The translations under genes were made by a program, and so were the position numbers. Shown piece by piece: positions 34,201 through 49,200 of a stretch of 64,000 nucleotides of DNA. The notes under the pieces were generated by a model. The model saw nothing but the letters and a program-made list of their open reading frames with translations. It made no database searches and was not told the DNA's origin. Source of the DNA: Tubulanus polymorphus (taxonomy: Eukaryota; Animalia; Nemertea). Each line of letters opens with the position of its first letter. The stretch's first letter is position 1. The stretch spans positions 12,016,275-12,080,274 of the forward strand of contig NC_134032.1 of assembly GCF_964204645.1 (NCBI RefSeq), written 5' to 3'.

Positions 34201-37200
34201 GGTCGATGGAAATCGAATTTGGGGAAAAGAATTGAAAGGCCTCCAGTTAGCTCACGTTCAGGTAACAAGACGACTGTCTACACACACGATGAAATTGTGA
34301 TTTGCAACTGATGATAACTTTTGAAGAAATAGAAACATTTATATCTATATAGCGCCTCATTATAGATACGTTACGCTTTACATTGCTGAACGAACAATAA
34401 GATTACATGAATATGAATGCATACTTTTAAAATAGTGTCATTTCTATTTTTAGAAAGTGATTAAGTCTGATATGTGCAAATTTTTTTCTGAATTTTCAGT
34501 GGGCTCCAGATGGTAAACTGCTGCTATTCGGAATGACAAATGCAGAAATACAGATGTTTGATAATGCTGGAAATTTCATGGTATGTGTGTGACTCATTAT
34601 TACTTGTTGAGAGTTCCGACTTAAGGCATTCCATATACGACCGATCTAGGAGAACTCTCCTATTTTAGAACAGATGTTTTTAATGGTCAATTCACCGAAC
34701 CTGACTACCACCACTAGTCGAGTGCAGTTTCTAAGCTCTGAAGAGCTTGATTACGTCTTGAATATATCGAAATATGCTAGAATTCTGAATGGTTTCTCAT
34801 TTTCAACGACGAACAGCTAATGCTATCTGCCACAAGCAACAAAGTCAAACAATCATTTCTGAATCCTCGAAATTCTTGAATGTCCATGAATAGTCTTAAT
34901 TTTTTAAATCGGAAGCTTGGGAGGGGCGTTTTCTGGCCCTTTAAGGCTAATATTTACAAATTTTCCAGAATTAAAAAAAAAAACGAGATTTTAGACTAAA
35001 AGAAAAATAATGCGGAACTTGGCATTAAAAAGGGAGCATCCCCCGATCCCCCTTTGGTGACGCCCATGGGCTGCATCGTATCTAAATGTATGGTTTAATA
35101 TCATAATTATAATACCGGTAGTAAGGATATATTTTCTTTTATAGCGCTGTACTATAGAATAATCACTGTGCTTAACGATTTTAACAATATAATTAAGACA
35201 ATACAGAAATATTGCAATAGTTAAAAAAAGGCACAGTTAATAAAGATATCGTTATCGGAAATAGGTGCGTTTGAAAAGATACGTTTTAAGATTGGATTTT
35301 TAAAGATTCGAGTGTAAGACTAGATGTAACATGATCAGGAATTGCGTTCCAAAGATTAGGGCCAGCAATCTTAAAGGCCCTTTCGCCGAAATGATTGCCG
35401 TTTGATGATGTCTTTAGAAGTTGCTTTGATCGACTAGAGCAAAGAAGGCGCGTAGGTACATAAACATTAAGAGGTGACTTTCTTTTAAGGGGCCGACAAG
35501 TTTCGCTAAACAATATTGCACAATTAAGGTTCCCACAGTACAGGGAATTTTTGAAAAATCTGGGGATTTTGAAATAATAATTCCCATTTTGGAAATATTT
35601 GGGAATTTGAGAAGTTTTCCTCAAATCAGGGAAATATTTGGGAAATTCATTTAAATTTTGCGTATTGCATTTGCCAAAGGGATCTTTCTTCAACAATTTC
35701 CCTTGAAAATCACCTTTATCAACCAGTTACAGCTTAAGTGTTGACTGTAGCATGATGGTATCTGTTCATATCCATTATGGAAAATTTGATAATCTCCCAT
35801 GAAATACTTGGGGGAAAACTGCAAATTTTTAATTCATGTCACTGGGCTGACAATATATGCGATTGTATTATGATCTTAAGATGGGCAGTGCAACAAATGA
35901 ACTGCAATAAGTTTGTCTAATAATATACGCTTTCCTATCCCGAAAATAACTTCAACTTTGCTTGTAAATACTAAAGTGCAAATACTTTGCAAACTGCTTC
36001 TATAACCCGGTAGTTTTCCTCATTAATGCGATGAAATTCTATTTGCTGTGTAATTTCTATGGTCAGGTTTTGAAAGCATTCATATCTATTGAAGAGACGT
36101 AAATTCTATTACGACAATCTATTCGCTTATTATGTCTGTTCAAATTGATTTTCTCTAAGCTAAAATGAAATGTTGAATGTGCGAATTCCATCATGCTATC
36201 TAATGAATGCTTGACAATTTTTTATTTTTACATCATCTAATATGTCATCCAATGGCGAAGTTGCGAAACTGATAATATCCTGGCATAGCGAGTAAAGTTA
36301 TTAATTAAATCTAGGCGACAACAACAGAATCATTCCGATCACCCGATGAATTCATCAGTCGCGGATACAGTCGCTTTTCCCGCGTACGTTTCATCTTTAG
36401 TTTTGACGAGCGTCGCGAATCGACCGGGAAGTCCGATTATCTGGCTGGTCACGTCTATCGCGATATTCGTGCTCGGAGCCGTCGGAAACGTTCTAAGTTT
36501 TCTAATAATGACGACCAGCAAGCGATTCAGACACTTGTCGTATTCGAATTATCTGGCCGCGTTGGCGATTACCGATTTCGGGACGTCGATCGGGTTTTGC
36601 CTGCTACCGGTTGTGTATTACTTATCGAGCGGCGACGGATCCTCGGCTGTCGATCTATCGAATCTAGCCGTTTGTTCCGTTTACGAGTTTTGTTTTTCGT
36701 TTTGCGTGTTCTGCAGCTCGTGGCTCGTCGTCGTGATCGGGTTCGAGCGACTCGTCGTCGTGCTGTTCCCGTTCGCCGCACGAAAAATCGTCACGCGCGC
36801 GTTACGGTCGGGGCGCTCGTGTTGGTCAACTGCGCCGCCTGCAGCCTTCAGAGCGTCGTTTTCATGCGTTACTCCGTCGACGACGGATGCCACTATTCGC
36901 GATTAAGCCACCACTCGATCGTCTTCGCGTTCGGCGCCATGTACCTATTCGGCGTTCCGATAATAGCGACGGCCGTTTTCAACGTGGTCATCGTCGTGAA
37001 ACTCATCGCTAATCGCGATTTCGGATCAAGTAGGTCGGCTAAAACGCGCCAGACCACGATCATGTTAGTAACGGTAACCGGGGCGTTTATCGTTACAACC
37101 TTGCCGTCGACGTTGACGTCGTTGATTCCGATGCCCGGCCACATTCAAGGCAATCTTCTAGCCGTACTTTCACTTCTGCAAAGCTGTAATTACAGCATGA

Positions 37201-40200
37201 ATTTCTACATATACCTTTTACTGGGCAAGGAAGTCAGAGCCGTTTTCATGAATTTTTTTAGAAAAGATAAATGACAATAGATGATGGCTCTATACAGCAG
37301 TGATAACGGGGTTTCCTACTACTCATTGATTCCTTAAAAACTCCTCAATCGAAAATGCTTTGAAGGTGATTGAAATTCCTTTAATTTGAGTAGATCGCTC
37401 GAAACTCCTTCCATTTTAAGATTAGGCAATTGGAAATGTTTGTAGTTCTATTGTAAACTACGCCTAAATTGCTACAGTTTGAATGAGGATTTCTTTTTTA
37501 CCGAAAGTGAGGCAGTTTCCAATAGAAACTGAGTTTAGGAAGTGTAAAGGATGAAATTGATGCAGACACTCTTGCTCAAAATTTGAAGTTGTCTCCTTTT
37601 TGTCAGAAATGACTAATATGTAGAGACCCTGGTTAATGATTCCGTTACTTGGAAGCAATAAATCTTTATTGAGTTGATTTGCCCACCCTGTAGCCCATAG
37701 CCCTGCCCTGTTATTGAACAAACCATGTTACTTCCATCTATCCACATAAAGTCGTCGTAACAACTCAGCTGTTGTCATTACAGAGAATTATATCCATCGA
37801 CTCAAGTTAAATTTTGATTTAAAGTATAAAGAATTGCATCATGATTTCGTTTAATTCAGACAAAATTCTCCAGTCCCAGGTGATCCGAACTAAGCAAGTT
37901 CTACTGCACCTAGAATCTTTAATTTCAGCAAGATTTTTCGCATCAAATTTGAATCAGTAGTTGTCGATTATTTTCAGTCTAAACTACAAGTGGTTTGTTT
38001 AGCGAATGTAACCGGTGCCGTACATATAGCCGGTATGGCGTGGTACAACGGAGAGTACGGCTACGTCGAACCGAACTGTCCGTGTCTGGCGATCTGCTTC
38101 GACAACGGTCGCTGTCAAATCATGAGGAACGAGGCCGACGATGGTAAGATTAAAAACTTTTTCCAAAAAAAAAAGTTGTTTTATCGCATATGAGTAATGT
38201 GGGTATCAATCTGCAGCCCGGAAGCACCCCTACCCTTCAGACAATTTTCAGCAGGGTTGTTTGGGTCCAGGGGGCCTGTTTGAAGAATTCATCACATCTT
38301 AATAGGGCACTTTGATGTGCAAAAAGGTAATACAGTGTACATGCGTGTATTAGGCGCATGACTTCCCGACTGAGAAAAGCCAAATGTTTGTTGACAAAAT
38401 GAAAGAGGGAACCCAAAAAATTTTATGGACATGTTACAAGTGTCACAAGTAGATCCCCTAGATCCGCCACTGTGTAGCCTGGTCACAAGTACCCACCACC
38501 TAGGGTCTTTGTAGCCTGGATTTGGAAATTCGCTATTGCAGTGTTGACGATCATATTGTGAAAGTTTGCTGATAAAATGTATACCGTAATGTCTATATCT
38601 AGTTTTTGCGTTTGTACATTCAATTAAAACGACATCTCGGGTGAAGCCTCGGTGAAAGATTTGGTAAAAGGGCCCGTAGGGTGCAAGAAGCAGATTGATA
38701 CCTACGTGAAGAATATCGAAAGAATGTTTTAAAAACATTCTATACCGGATTTTGTTAAGTGTCGTGCAATAACGAATCGAGATTGCGATGATTCGAATAT
38801 CTACCACTAGGTGGCGTGTATGCGTATTTTTACATGTGTTCTGCCCGATTTTTTTCAATTTCAGTCCTTGTTTTAGAGGGAGATCGAACATGTATGTAAT
38901 ATGTATATTATATATTCTAATGTCCTCAAATAATCGCATGCCAGGGTACACTTCTCTTATTAGCTGCCAAAGTCTCTATCGGTCTCAATCAAGATTTCAA
39001 TCTTAGCTAATTTCGTTTTTAGTTTTAGTTTCTCTATTTCAGGGGCTACGCGTTCTCTCTCTCTCTCTCTCGCTCCCTTTTGAAAATATATTCATTTTAG
39101 TTTTCGAGAAATGCACTGATTCTTGTAAAAAGAAATTTGTTGTTAGCCAGCAATTTTTAGTTAGATTTTTTAGCGGTCTTTCTTTTGCCGCAAGTCGACA
39201 AGAAATCACAAAGCTTGCTTTTCTCGCGCGTAAGTCAGTGAAGCTTGGTTCGTAATTTTTGTGCTGGCATGTTAGTATCTTATCTTTACGATATAGAGGC
39301 CTTTACTTTATTTTTGTTTGCTAGAAATTTTTTGCCTCAATCACTTATTTATATATGTCGCCTGTACTCTATAATTTAGCCAAATATTTTTTTTATTTTT
39401 GATATACGTAGTAGTTTGTAGAAAGACAATTACGAAAATTTTGAATTTGTTTCTCGGTGTCAGTTAGAGAATTTTAAGCTATAGAAATAGTCAGAATTTA
39501 GATACCGTCTACAAAAATAAAATCTATTATGTACTGGGTACAAGTTCAATGAGGAAATGAATTTCAAACCCTATAGCTCCCTCAGAGTTCTGCCCAGTGG
39601 ATTGAGGGGGAAGCCCAGAACCCGCTTATCATGAATGCTATGAGTGCAGCTCAGTGGGTTGAGGGCAAAACCTCAAACTAGCTAATGATCCCCTGGGTGG
39701 TACTCAGTGGGTTAAGGGGACTTTACCCGCAAATAATACCCGTCCCTCAATGGCTCTCCACAGGTTGAGAGGATAGAAGAATTCTAATGAAAATTTTCCT
39801 GAATGTATTTTTTACAGTTCCGATATTGCTGGACACGGGAATGCAGGTCGTGCACATCGCATGGAACCACACCGGGTCGGTGTTAGCGGTCGCCGGGTCG
39901 CAGCGGGCGATCTCGCAGGATAAAGACGTCAACGTCGTTCAGTTCTACACGCCGTTTGGCGAACACCTGCGCACGTTGAAGGTGCCCGGTAAACAGATGT
40001 GTTCGTGTTCGTGGGAAGGAGGTTCGCTGCGCATCGCCCTGGCAGTTGACTCGTACATCTACTTCGCGAATATTCGACCCGATTATAAAGTAAGTTCGAG
40101 GAAAAAATGATTTCGTAATATCGTCCACAGTCCATGCGGTTCCTCAAATTCTTGAAAAGCTCCTTCCCAATTAGACGGTTACCAAATTAGAAACCGAATT

Positions 40201-43200
40201 TGGTTGTGCAGGATAAATATTTACTTACAAAACCATTGAATTACCGGTTTACCGGAGATAAAAACAGTACTGACAAGTCGTTTAGATTGAGAAGATTTTT
40301 CCAATTTTGAAATCACCTAGCCTTATTGTATATTATTACCTATCATTTAGTGTAAAAAGTATACAAAATCTTTAAAAGAAAGTGTCAGTTACCCATTTAC
40401 ATATGAGTCTATAGGCCTACTGAGAATTCATGGTCAATTACGTTAACTTAAAGTTTAAAATCAAATTCACAACTGCAATATCCAACTACAACAAAGAAAT
40501 ATAACTGCTATATACTTATTTGTACAATTGTAGAATTGTTTCCGTGGAATTTTATGTTTTGCGGTTTGTTTTTCGTAGTGGGGTTATTGCTGCAGTACAG
40601 TAGTGTACGCGTTCACTAAACCGGACCGGCTGGAAAACTGCGTCATCTTCTGGGATACCAAGAACAATGAGGTAAAACATTATGATAACTGCCTCAATCC
40701 GCCACCTACGACATCATGAAAATTGATCTGTATTCTTCCAGAAAGAAAATTATGGCCATCTTAATTCTCTCTACGATATCATTGAATTTATTTGATGAAC
40801 TGCCCCTGTAAAGATGGCTGCCTCTGTATATCCCCCTACGACATCATTGAATATGGTTTAGTATTAGGCTGCCTCCGTAAAATCCTTCTATAACATCAAA
40901 TTGCCCCTTTGTTATGCTCTAAAACGGTGGTTGCCATTAGAAATCCCCCTATGACATCATCACATTAACAAGGGATTTATAGACACTTCTAAAACACATG
41001 GCTGCCTCTGTATATCCCCCTATGACATCATTGAATAGGGTTTAGTATTAGGCTACCTCTGTAAATCCTTAGTAACAGCGTTTAATGTTTTTTTTTTATT
41101 TTAATTTTTAGAAATACGTCAAATACGTGAAGCACTTGTTGTCGATCACCGCGTCCGGTGATTTCTGTTGTCTGGCAACGAGAGCAGACGACGTCAGCGG
41201 TCAGTACGTGTTGGTGTTGTGTAACTCGATCGGAACGCCGCTCGATTCCAAATACATCGACATCGACCCAGTTTACGTGACGATGACTAAAACTCACATC
41301 GTCGCCGCGTCGAAAGAAGCGTTCTACGTGTGGCAGTTTAAAAATCCGAAAAATCTTGCCGCGATGGAAATGTCCGGAAAACGCAAAGCGGGATATGAAC
41401 GGTAGGTTTTTTTTAAGGATTTTCAAAATTTTGTGTGAATCGAAGTGTGATAAACTGACTTGAGGTACTAGTGCACCCATAAGTCAAATCGTTGATTACT
41501 GCAGTAGTTAATGTCCTACGGTACACTAGCGCACCTGGTGGATCCTCACTTGCCACGGTTGGATTCCTCTATTACAATGGTGGTTGATATTTGTTTGGCT
41601 TTACGTCGCTTGGATCTTGGTTTCCCAAGACTAACCCTATTCGATATTTTTTTTAACTTCACAAAGGGACGGCCTCTGAAGTGTTGCCCGCACACTGTAA
41701 GCAGCCAGCAGGACTCAAACTCACTTGTCACTCAGCATCTGTTACTGGATGCAACAGCATCACGCCTTATCTCACTGAGCTACCTAGGCCTAGTGACACC
41801 TGGTGGATTCTCCTTGTGGCATCCACTATTGCTGCAGTAGTTGATATCCTACTGCACACTTGCATTCATCCTCACCATAGATTGAACCCTCAACTACCTC
41901 AATAGTTTATTTTTGAATCTATTTTCAGATTGTTTCATATCGATGATAAACCGTCCGGTAACGAAACACAGGGATTGGTCGATTTTAACAAAGCGTTCCA
42001 AACAACCCAGGACGCCATCTGCTGTATTGCTGCATCGGACAAAATACTCGTAGTCGTAAGCATATCTTATTAAAATATGTTTTTTGAAATACGTGGTTAG
42101 TGTGAGGGTCAATTCGATGTCTCTAATATGTTTTGTATCGTTTTCATTGAAAGTTGATTTTTAATAATATTAATAATAAGATAAAGCTAGTATCAACGAC
42201 CAACCCTAGTATCCATGTAGGTTGACAAGTCTTCTACCAGTGATTGAAATGTAGAATAAATTGCTGGGTTTCCTTTTGGGATATCGAAAAAATTCCTGGA
42301 TCGCATTAAAATGTAGTTCTTTACAATTCTCATGTCTGTTGATGTGCTTTTGATTGTAGGGACGTGAGTCTGGAACTGTTAACAGATATTCAATGCCGAT
42401 GGTACAACTAACGCAGAAATATGTATTGAGCTGTCGCCCGCATCAACTAGCACTGAACTGTACTTCCAGGTAAGGAATAGAAATACCACCTTTTCCAAAT
42501 ATAATAAAGTCGGTTTAAGTCAGATCCTATTTGAACAGGGATCTTTTTGGAATTAAGCATTTCACTACCGACAACTTGATAATACCCCTACCCTGCAGCG
42601 CGGCATAAAACAGAGGTACTGAAATGATATGTACCTACACCCAGTGCTGTAGTGTATCATTACTAACTAATATTTCACAACGTGCGGCCCTCTTTCAATT
42701 GGGATACACTGCACTGCAGTGTACAGATAGAAAATATATGGTGGGTGTGCCACCATTTACTGGTATTAGGAAACCTGGCAGTACCTTATATATAGTTTAT
42801 TTTCAAGAGAAATTATAACAGATGGTCATGCATAACATTTCATATAAATACGAATAAAGAGTCAACAAGATGTTATAATATCTTCTGATGTTATAATACC
42901 TTAACTGTACTTCGGCATTGAATTTGAATTTGTGTCATTTTCAGTCGAATGTCCATCATCGATATTTCGGGAATGTTAACGTTTTTCGACCTGGATACGA
43001 AAATAACCGACCTCGACGGTCAAGAGGTTATCGGCGAACATTTGAAATTCGAACGCAAAGATGTGTGGGACATGAGATGGGCTGAGGTAGGTCTTTTTTA
43101 CCCAGTGGGTTATTTTCAGATCAATTTTGACTGGTCTTAAGGGGCAGGTTTTATAGACTGGTTTTAACTTTAAACCCAAGGGTAAACTAACATTCAAACA

Positions 43201-46200
43201 AAAGAGTTAAACAGGGTGGCCACTTAAATGGAAATCTGGGAAAAGTTGTGGAATTTTCTTAAAGAAAATTCAGGGAATAGTTAGAGATTTTGTAAAATAG
43301 CAAAAAAATCAGGGAAATTTATTGAGATTGTTATATCGCGCGTAAAATCAGTTCCCGTCTTTATCTTATGTATGTGACTGTGTTATTTGATTGAATTCTT
43401 AGCACATCAATCGAGGAAAAACAACATGTGCATCAAGGAATAGTCGGGGGAAAAAGCAAATGAAATAAAAGTGACCACCTGATATTATTGTCCTGTTTTT
43501 TAGGATAACGCTGAATTGTTCGCGATGATGGAGAAAACACGTATGTACGTGTTCCGCAGTTTGGACCCGGAGGAGCCGATACTCAGCAGCGGTTATATCT
43601 GTCAATTCAACGACTTACAAATCCGTTCCGTTCTACTCGACGAACTGTTGAAAGATCCGGAAAACCCGAGCAAAGAATTCATCAGCGAGATGGAAATCAA
43701 GGTAGGGGCGGAATTGTCGCATTTTGAAAAAAAAAAATTACGAAATTATTTTCACTTGTCTTTTGTTTGTATGAAAATCTGGATCTCGGTCTTAAGATTA
43801 GACCAGTCTAAGGTTCTTTTAGCTACGTAATCGATCCTAAAGAAATCTAATCCTTATCTAGGTCTAGATGTTCATCTTACAACATCACAAATGTTAAATG
43901 TTAGAATATTACTTATTTTGCAGTCGTTACGGGATACTAGAGATCTTTTAGAGAAAGTCGGAATTGAAGACGCCCAGCAGTTTATCGAGGACAATCCACA
44001 TCCTAGATTATGGTAAATAATGATGATAATTTTTTAATTTGTGTAGGGCCTTTCCCATTTAAAAAGTGTTCACCAGCACTTTTGGGTGTTAGTGAAACTG
44101 CGTCTAAAGTTTGTACGCTTTACAGAAAAGCAGATGTTCCTGACTGTGTTTAAATGTGTTCAGATCATCGACTTTCCGAATGTCTGAATTCAAGGAGCCA
44201 AAGAGTTCCATATAGATGAGGCAATAAATATACCCTTAGTGCCTCTGCCCATCCCCCTTTTTATGATCAGGAATTGTGACTGAGGGTTAGAACTGGTAGC
44301 CTGAATATCCTCAGGGCTGCCAACCCTCCCGAATTATTCGGAATCCTCCCGATTTGCGTGAAGAAATTCCGACGATACGATCGGGTATACAAAATTCCGA
44401 CTTTTTTTTTCTTTTTCGGCGATGTCCGATTTTCCACCCGCCAGCGCGTTGTAACACAATATGATGATTTGGTAGAACAGAATTGAATAGGTGGGGAATT
44501 TATATGCACGCCCGCGGTGGATGAGTGCGTGGCTATATACTGTGTACGTGGGTCAGGCGATAAACAGCGCTTACTAGCGCGCGCGTGCGTGCGTGTGTGT
44601 GTATGAGAGTAGCTGTGTTATTGATTTTATCTACGCATGGCGTACGATTATTTCGTAGTAGGAGAGCAGCTTTTTAATTTGTTTCAAGAATAAAAATAAA
44701 GTTCATTCGTTTTAAAATACGTTGTTTTCAATCATTTTTGTGAAAATATTATTACATGTGGCAAAATGTGATTGTTATTGTCAAATTGCTCCGCATCGTT
44801 TCGGAGAAGAATCAGTTTACTGCGGTAATTAGCTCGTTTTCGCAGCGTGATTAGCATTCGAAGATCCGGGTTAGATTTCAACGTGTGGACTCTTTGAAAT
44901 GTTTCGGTAAGCAATTGCTTTGCTAGTTTGAACCTTAATGTTGTCACTCTTGTGTTAGTTTGATTTAAAAAGATAATTTAAGATGCTTTTGAGCAGTGCA
45001 TCTCAAAGTAAACTTTTAGTTCGCATATTTGGCAGATGGCAGCACCATCGAGTAGCATGTAGATTTAGAGACTTTTTACTGTTTGTATCTTTCAGTTCTG
45101 TACGTGGAGTCTCTCTTGGACAGTATCGTGGAATTGATGCTGGAAATGGATATATTCGCATGACAGCTGTATAGTGTTATGTAATTCGTTTGACAATTTA
45201 TGCCAGTTTTATGTTCTTATTTTTTAGTCTATTGTATATTTTTGATAAACACTGTTGATTTTTATCTTTCATAAAATAATAAAGAAAAAATACATTCTGT
45301 AGAATTTGCTGATTTTTTATTTTGCTAATAATTCCATATTTTCATATCCAGCTTTCATATATTACACGTGAAAGGTATTCCTAATTGAAAGCAAAATATT
45401 CCTACTTGGAAAAGTCACAATTTCTTCGGTTTCGATATATTCCTATTGAAACCTTCAATATTCCTAATTAATCTGCCATTCATCCCTAAATGGAATTTTG
45501 AAAGGTTGGCAGCCCTGTATCCTACCAAGATCCAGAATTCTATATAAAAGTACATTGTATGACAATGACATGTACCAGTTATTTGTTCTGTGCGGCCAAT
45601 TAGGGACAATCTATACACATCCAGCATTTTGGTAAATACTTATTCAAGTGCCCCCTCTCCCTGAAAGAGAATTTATTTAAGAATTCTGAGCTGAATTTTC
45701 AGCGGGAAGCCCGAGTCACCTTTCGGAATTGTGTTTTAAAGTGCGATGTGTATTTCATTGCAGGCGTCTGCTGGCGGAAAACGCGTTGGATTCGTTAAAT
45801 CTCAAGGTCGCGGAGCAGGCGTTCGTGCGGTGTAAAGACTATCAAGGAATCGAATTCGTCAAACGACTCGGTAACATCCAGAATGAGACGATGAAACAGG
45901 CGGAGGTGATGGCGTACTTCAGACGGTTCGACGAGGCTGAGAAAATATACCTCGATATGGACCGACGGTACAAATTCATTTATTACGTTTAGACGGGCCA
46001 TTCATTTATTGCGTACACATTAAGGGGTAGGGGTTAATGGAATTGCCTACAATAATGCTTAAAGTTTTTGAGATAGTGCTCAACTTGCATACAAAGGAGG
46101 CATTGAAGTAATCAAATTTTACCGATTGATCCCAGAAACTTTTCAACTGAAATTTGACACTTAGCTACTTGGTCAATGAAACCCCCTTCCTTGCAGCCAG

Positions 46201-49200
46201 AAGATGATGTTTTTAGATTTTCATTTTCGTAGAGATTTGGCGGTGAATTTACGCAAGAAGCTCGGCGATTGGTTCCGCGTCGTTCAGTTGATTAAGACCG
46301 GCTCAGGAGGCGGTGATGATGTTCAGTTAGAGGAGGCGTGGAATTCAATCGGTGATTACTACGCGGATAGGCAGAAATGGTAAGTCGTACGGGAGCACAC
46401 CAACTGTTGTTAACTGGCTAAGGGATTGATGGGCTGATGGATTGTGAGTTGGCAGACGAACTGACAACTGGTGGACAGATTTTATCCTGGAAGACGGATT
46501 GACATCTGGCTGATTGACTGTCATTTGGTAGACTGGCTGTTGTCAACTGGCACACAGGGCCAAATTCGGTTTTCATATCTACCATGGATTCTGTGAACAG
46601 CCGTACACTTGTCTCGGTGAAGAATGTGACCGCGAATCGATTAATTTACAGTACATGAAAGCGCAATTACATACCGGCAAATGTGGTAGTCGACTCTAGA
46701 TCAGAACTAATAACTGAATGCGCTTAATTACCAAACTATTTCCGGAATATAGTTCCGACAAACTGACATTCGGTTTCACTATAGTCGACTTACTCAGATA
46801 ACCCAACTTGGCCCAGACTGTCAATTGGCAGATGGATTGAAACTTGCTGTTACACTGACAGTTGGTAGATGGACTGTTTTCAGTTGAGAGATGGACACTC
46901 AACTGGTGACCAGCAGATGTACCGATGGATTGTCAAACAGTTATCCAATTTTTGTGCTGACTCTGTGATATACCTGTCAGAAATCCTTGTTAAACTCGAG
47001 TAGTGTCAGTTCCGTTCAAATGTTCGATTATTTTTCTAGGCAACAGGCGGTTACTTATTACGTACAAGGTCGAAACCAAGAAAGATTAGCCGAGTGTTAT
47101 TATATGCTGGAAGATTACGTCGGTCTTTTATCAATGGCGCAGTCGTTACCGGAAAATCACCAACTTTTACCGGTAAGTCAACAGCTCGCTTCGAACCTCC
47201 CACACCCTACACCATGCTGAAATTGCTGATTCAAAATTCGTAAAATAATTTTTGAATGTATCGCATTTGTAAATGACTTCTACACAATATTCTAAATTTC
47301 AAATTTTTTAGGGACGTGGAATAAGTGAATTCCCACAATAAATTCAGCCAAAAATGAATAGTTCTGTATCAAAATGATTATATTTCGAGCATCGTTTCAG
47401 ATAAATGCTTTTAGCCATCATATCAGCCATCACTACGTCTGATGATGGCTAATAGCATTTAGCTGAAACATTGTTAGAAATATAATCATTTTAATATAGA
47501 ACTTTTCATTTTTGGCTGAATTTATTGTGGGATATCTCTCGTTATCATCATACACGGATATCGTGTATCTTCTCGTCTCATTAAAGAAGATGTTTGGAAT
47601 CAACCATTTGTACTGGTGTATAAATGTGCGTGTGTATGTATTTTGTAGGATATAGCCGGTATGTTCGCGACGGTGGGCATGTGTCAGGAGGCGGTGCAAG
47701 CGTACGTGCGCTGTAACCAGATCAAGTCGGCGATCGACTGCTGCGTTCATCTGAATCAGTGGAATCAAGCGATCGAACTGGCGAAAACTCACAACGTCAA
47801 AGAAATCGACGCGTTACTCGCGAAATACGCGCAACATCTACTCGAGAAGGATAAGATTCTCAACGCGATCGAGCTCTATCGGAAAGCCAGTCGATACATT
47901 GACGCGGCTAAATTGTTGTTCAAGGTGAGTGGAGTACGGGAGCAGACGGGCCACCAACTGGCAGGCAAGTTCGATTGACAACTGGTAGATAGACTATTGA
48001 CTGAACCAGCACAGTGTATTTACTGATGTGACACTATTAACTAGGGCAGATGGACTATTCACTGGAACAGTAGGACTATCATCCTCGCTTGTCAGGAATT
48101 GGTCCCTGAATTGATTTCCACCAGCCCCTGGCCTCACGAATCGTGATTTCATTACTGGCACTTAAGCACATGACATCATATATAAGTTGCAAAATACTTC
48201 CTTGTTTGCCAAAACCTTGTTCCGATTGGTCCATTTAATGGGAAATCCAACAGAAGCCTAATGTCGTTTGTTACATGTGCTGTGATTGGTACGACCGGAT
48301 TCGGGTCGGCTAGTAACAACTCCAACTACTAGCGCGGTCAAGGGTTTCGGGGAACGGCTTGAGCTTAGTGAGTTCGAATCCCTTGACGGGTGAAGATGGT
48401 GGACTGAACTTACTGGGATGGAGTGACTATAAACTAGGGGAGATGGACTATTTACCAGAGAAGACAGACCTTGAACTGGGGCAGACAGTCAAACAGCCTT
48501 TGAAATTGAACCAGTTATAGCCAAAAACGAGATGAAATTACTACCGGTACATACCGTTCATTGAAGGATATAACTACAACAGAAAACTTGTCATTGCTGC
48601 TTTGTTGTTATATTTACATTTAATGATAATTGTTCGTTGTAGCTCGCTCTTGATGAATCGAAAAAACGTACGAAACCGCTGCGAATAAAGAAACTGTACG
48701 TGCTCGCCGCTTTATTGGTCGAAAGATACCACGAACAAATGAAAGAAACGTCGCGTTCGAAAGTGAAAGGAAAACGAACGGGAATCGAGGCCACGTCTGC
48801 TCTGGCCGGTTTGTTAGAGGAAGACGCTACGAGTATCTCCGATAGTAAAGTCATCGAAACCGCCTGGCGCGGAGCCGAGGCTTATCATCTTTATATCTTG
48901 GCGCAACGACAACTTTACGACGGTAAGATAATGCAGATTTCTCATCTCCAGTTCTTCTTCGAGCTCTTCACTCTGTTAATTGATACAGACTCCTGATAGC
49001 GACAGAGTTGCTCGTGCATTTCTCGTAGCTTTTCACCGTGGACGATTAAGTGATAATCCCGAGAGCAACAGAGTTTCTCTCTGCAGTACTTCTCTGAGCT
49101 GTCCACCACCAACGATATTTGATAGTTTGAATCCAGACAGTGACAGTTTCTTTCCGCAACTGTACTCCTGATCTTTCCGAACTAGACTATGATTATGAAT

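Larger units (their letters stand above)
46400..48490 (+). repeat. Degenerate CAACTGG..AGATGGACT minisatellite patches in WDR35 introns (46400-46560, 46820-46940, 47950-48080, 48400-48490)
   Basis: Recurring ACAACTGGYAGATGGACT-like units. Confidence 0.55.

Noticed and set aside
38292-38951. 219-aa minus-strand ORF inside a WDR35 intron
   Set aside because: No recognisable motif, non-ATG start, and it runs across repeat fragments; likely a chance ORF.
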